DNA from: a virus
Virus record (IMG/VR): IMGVR_UViG_3300045988_089052
Span: 1-38,404 of that record
DNA length: 38,404 bases
Strand: one strand, 5' to 3'
Positions 38,159-38,404 of the stretch are shown piece after piece. The notes below the pieces were generated by a model that saw only the letters and a list, made by a program, of their open reading frames with translations, did not search any database and had not been told where the DNA came from. The number at the start of each line of letters is the position of its first letter. Positions within the stretch are counted from its first letter, which is position 1. The translations under genes were made by a program, and so were the position numbers.

Positions 38159-38404
38159 CGCTTTCCTCCTTGATTGATAATTTCCAATCGCCAACCGCAT
38201 AAAGTGTTTTTGTGCGGCAATCTTTTATTATTGCGTTCTGTGATAAAATAATTGTTTTGACATTTACACCTTTAGACAAGTTTTCAGCGATTTGCACCGT
38301 CGAGCTGCCAGACATGTACTGCACCGTGGAGCTGACCCGCATGTCCTGCACCGTGGAGCTGCCCCGCATGTTCCGCACCGTGGAGCTGTCCCGCATGTCC
38401 TGCA
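38151..38404 (-). CDS. Tandem-repeat protein, C-terminal part (continuation of 1..494)
   Basis: ...SSTVRNMRGSSTVQDMRVSSTVQYMSGSSTVQIAENLSKGVNVKTIILSQNAIIKDCRTKTLYAVGDWKLSIKEESDA. The ORF is open to the right edge of the window. Confidence 0.65.
   Translation of the reverse strand, partial: QDMRDSSTVRNMRGSSTVQDMRVSSTVQYMSGSSTVQIAENLSKGVNVKTIILSQNAIIKDCRTKTLYAVGDWKLSIKEESDA
38296..38404. repeat. 27-bp tandem repeat, 4 units plus 1 nt. The last unit is identical to unit 1 at nt 1-27.
   Basis: Units at 38296, 38323, 38350 and 38377. 38377-38404 equals 1-28 exactly. Confidence 0.95.

Noticed and set aside
1-38404. A diversity-generating retroelement or retron that might explain the hypervariable repeat or the structured RNA.
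   Set aside because: No ORF in any frame shows reverse-transcriptase motifs such as YxDD with the surrounding blocks. I found no template/variable repeat pair with adenine-specific differences.

Overview
The window reads as one complete temperate siphovirus-type phage genome (tape measure, Dit and Tal present, no sheath gene) from a Firmicutes/Clostridia-like host. All family names below come from motifs I recognise by eye; no search was run.

Circularity:
- nt 1-28 are identical to nt 38377-38404.
- Collapsing this overlap gives a 38,376-bp circle and restores a single 720-nt reading frame across the junction.
- The window therefore looks like a circularly permuted contig rather than a prophage with host flanks.

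Layout:
- Plus strand, 1.9-5.0 kb, visibly AT-rich lysogeny module: XRE-type repressor, four small genes (three encode proteins with hydrophobic segments), and a tyrosine integrase.
- attP (4973-5206) follows the integrase and carries the 3' portion of a tRNA-Gly(CCC).
- Minus strand, read around the circle: Cro-like gene (1629), then an early/recombination/replication module that wraps through the junction down to 29.2 kb. It includes a PD-(D/E)XK exonuclease, a RecT-like protein, an HNH-like protein, a DnaD-like organiser, a G39P-like loader, a DUF1064 protein, a Lar-like protein, a C5-MTase-like protein and a MazG-like protein.
- An ArpU/RinA-like late activator follows.
- Next is a ~0.9-kb almost ORF-free, hairpin-dense region.
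- Then terS, terL, portal, MuF, a gp10-like gene, an embedded bidirectional moron cassette, scaffold, capsid, connectors, major tail protein, the G/T chaperone, TMP, Dit, Tal, a BppU-type fibre, XkdX, an M23 endolysin and a holin.
- A strong terminator sits at 9252-9287.
- A 4-kb, 12-gene accessory island (9184 to 5213) lies between that terminator and attP.

Most worth a second look:
1. The structured non-coding region at 28.2-29.1 kb, with a tRNA-like element that lacks an anticodon arm and a nested 39-codon hydrophobic ORF.
2. The post-lysis accessory island, which has its own operator, regulators, a Cys-rich membrane protein and a C1q/BclA-C-like protein.
3. The moron cassette inside the head module, whose operators share a hexamer with the immunity switch.
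4. A duplicated hairpin module in front of the major tail and tape measure genes.
5. The 9-aa tandem-repeat protein that spans the circular junction.
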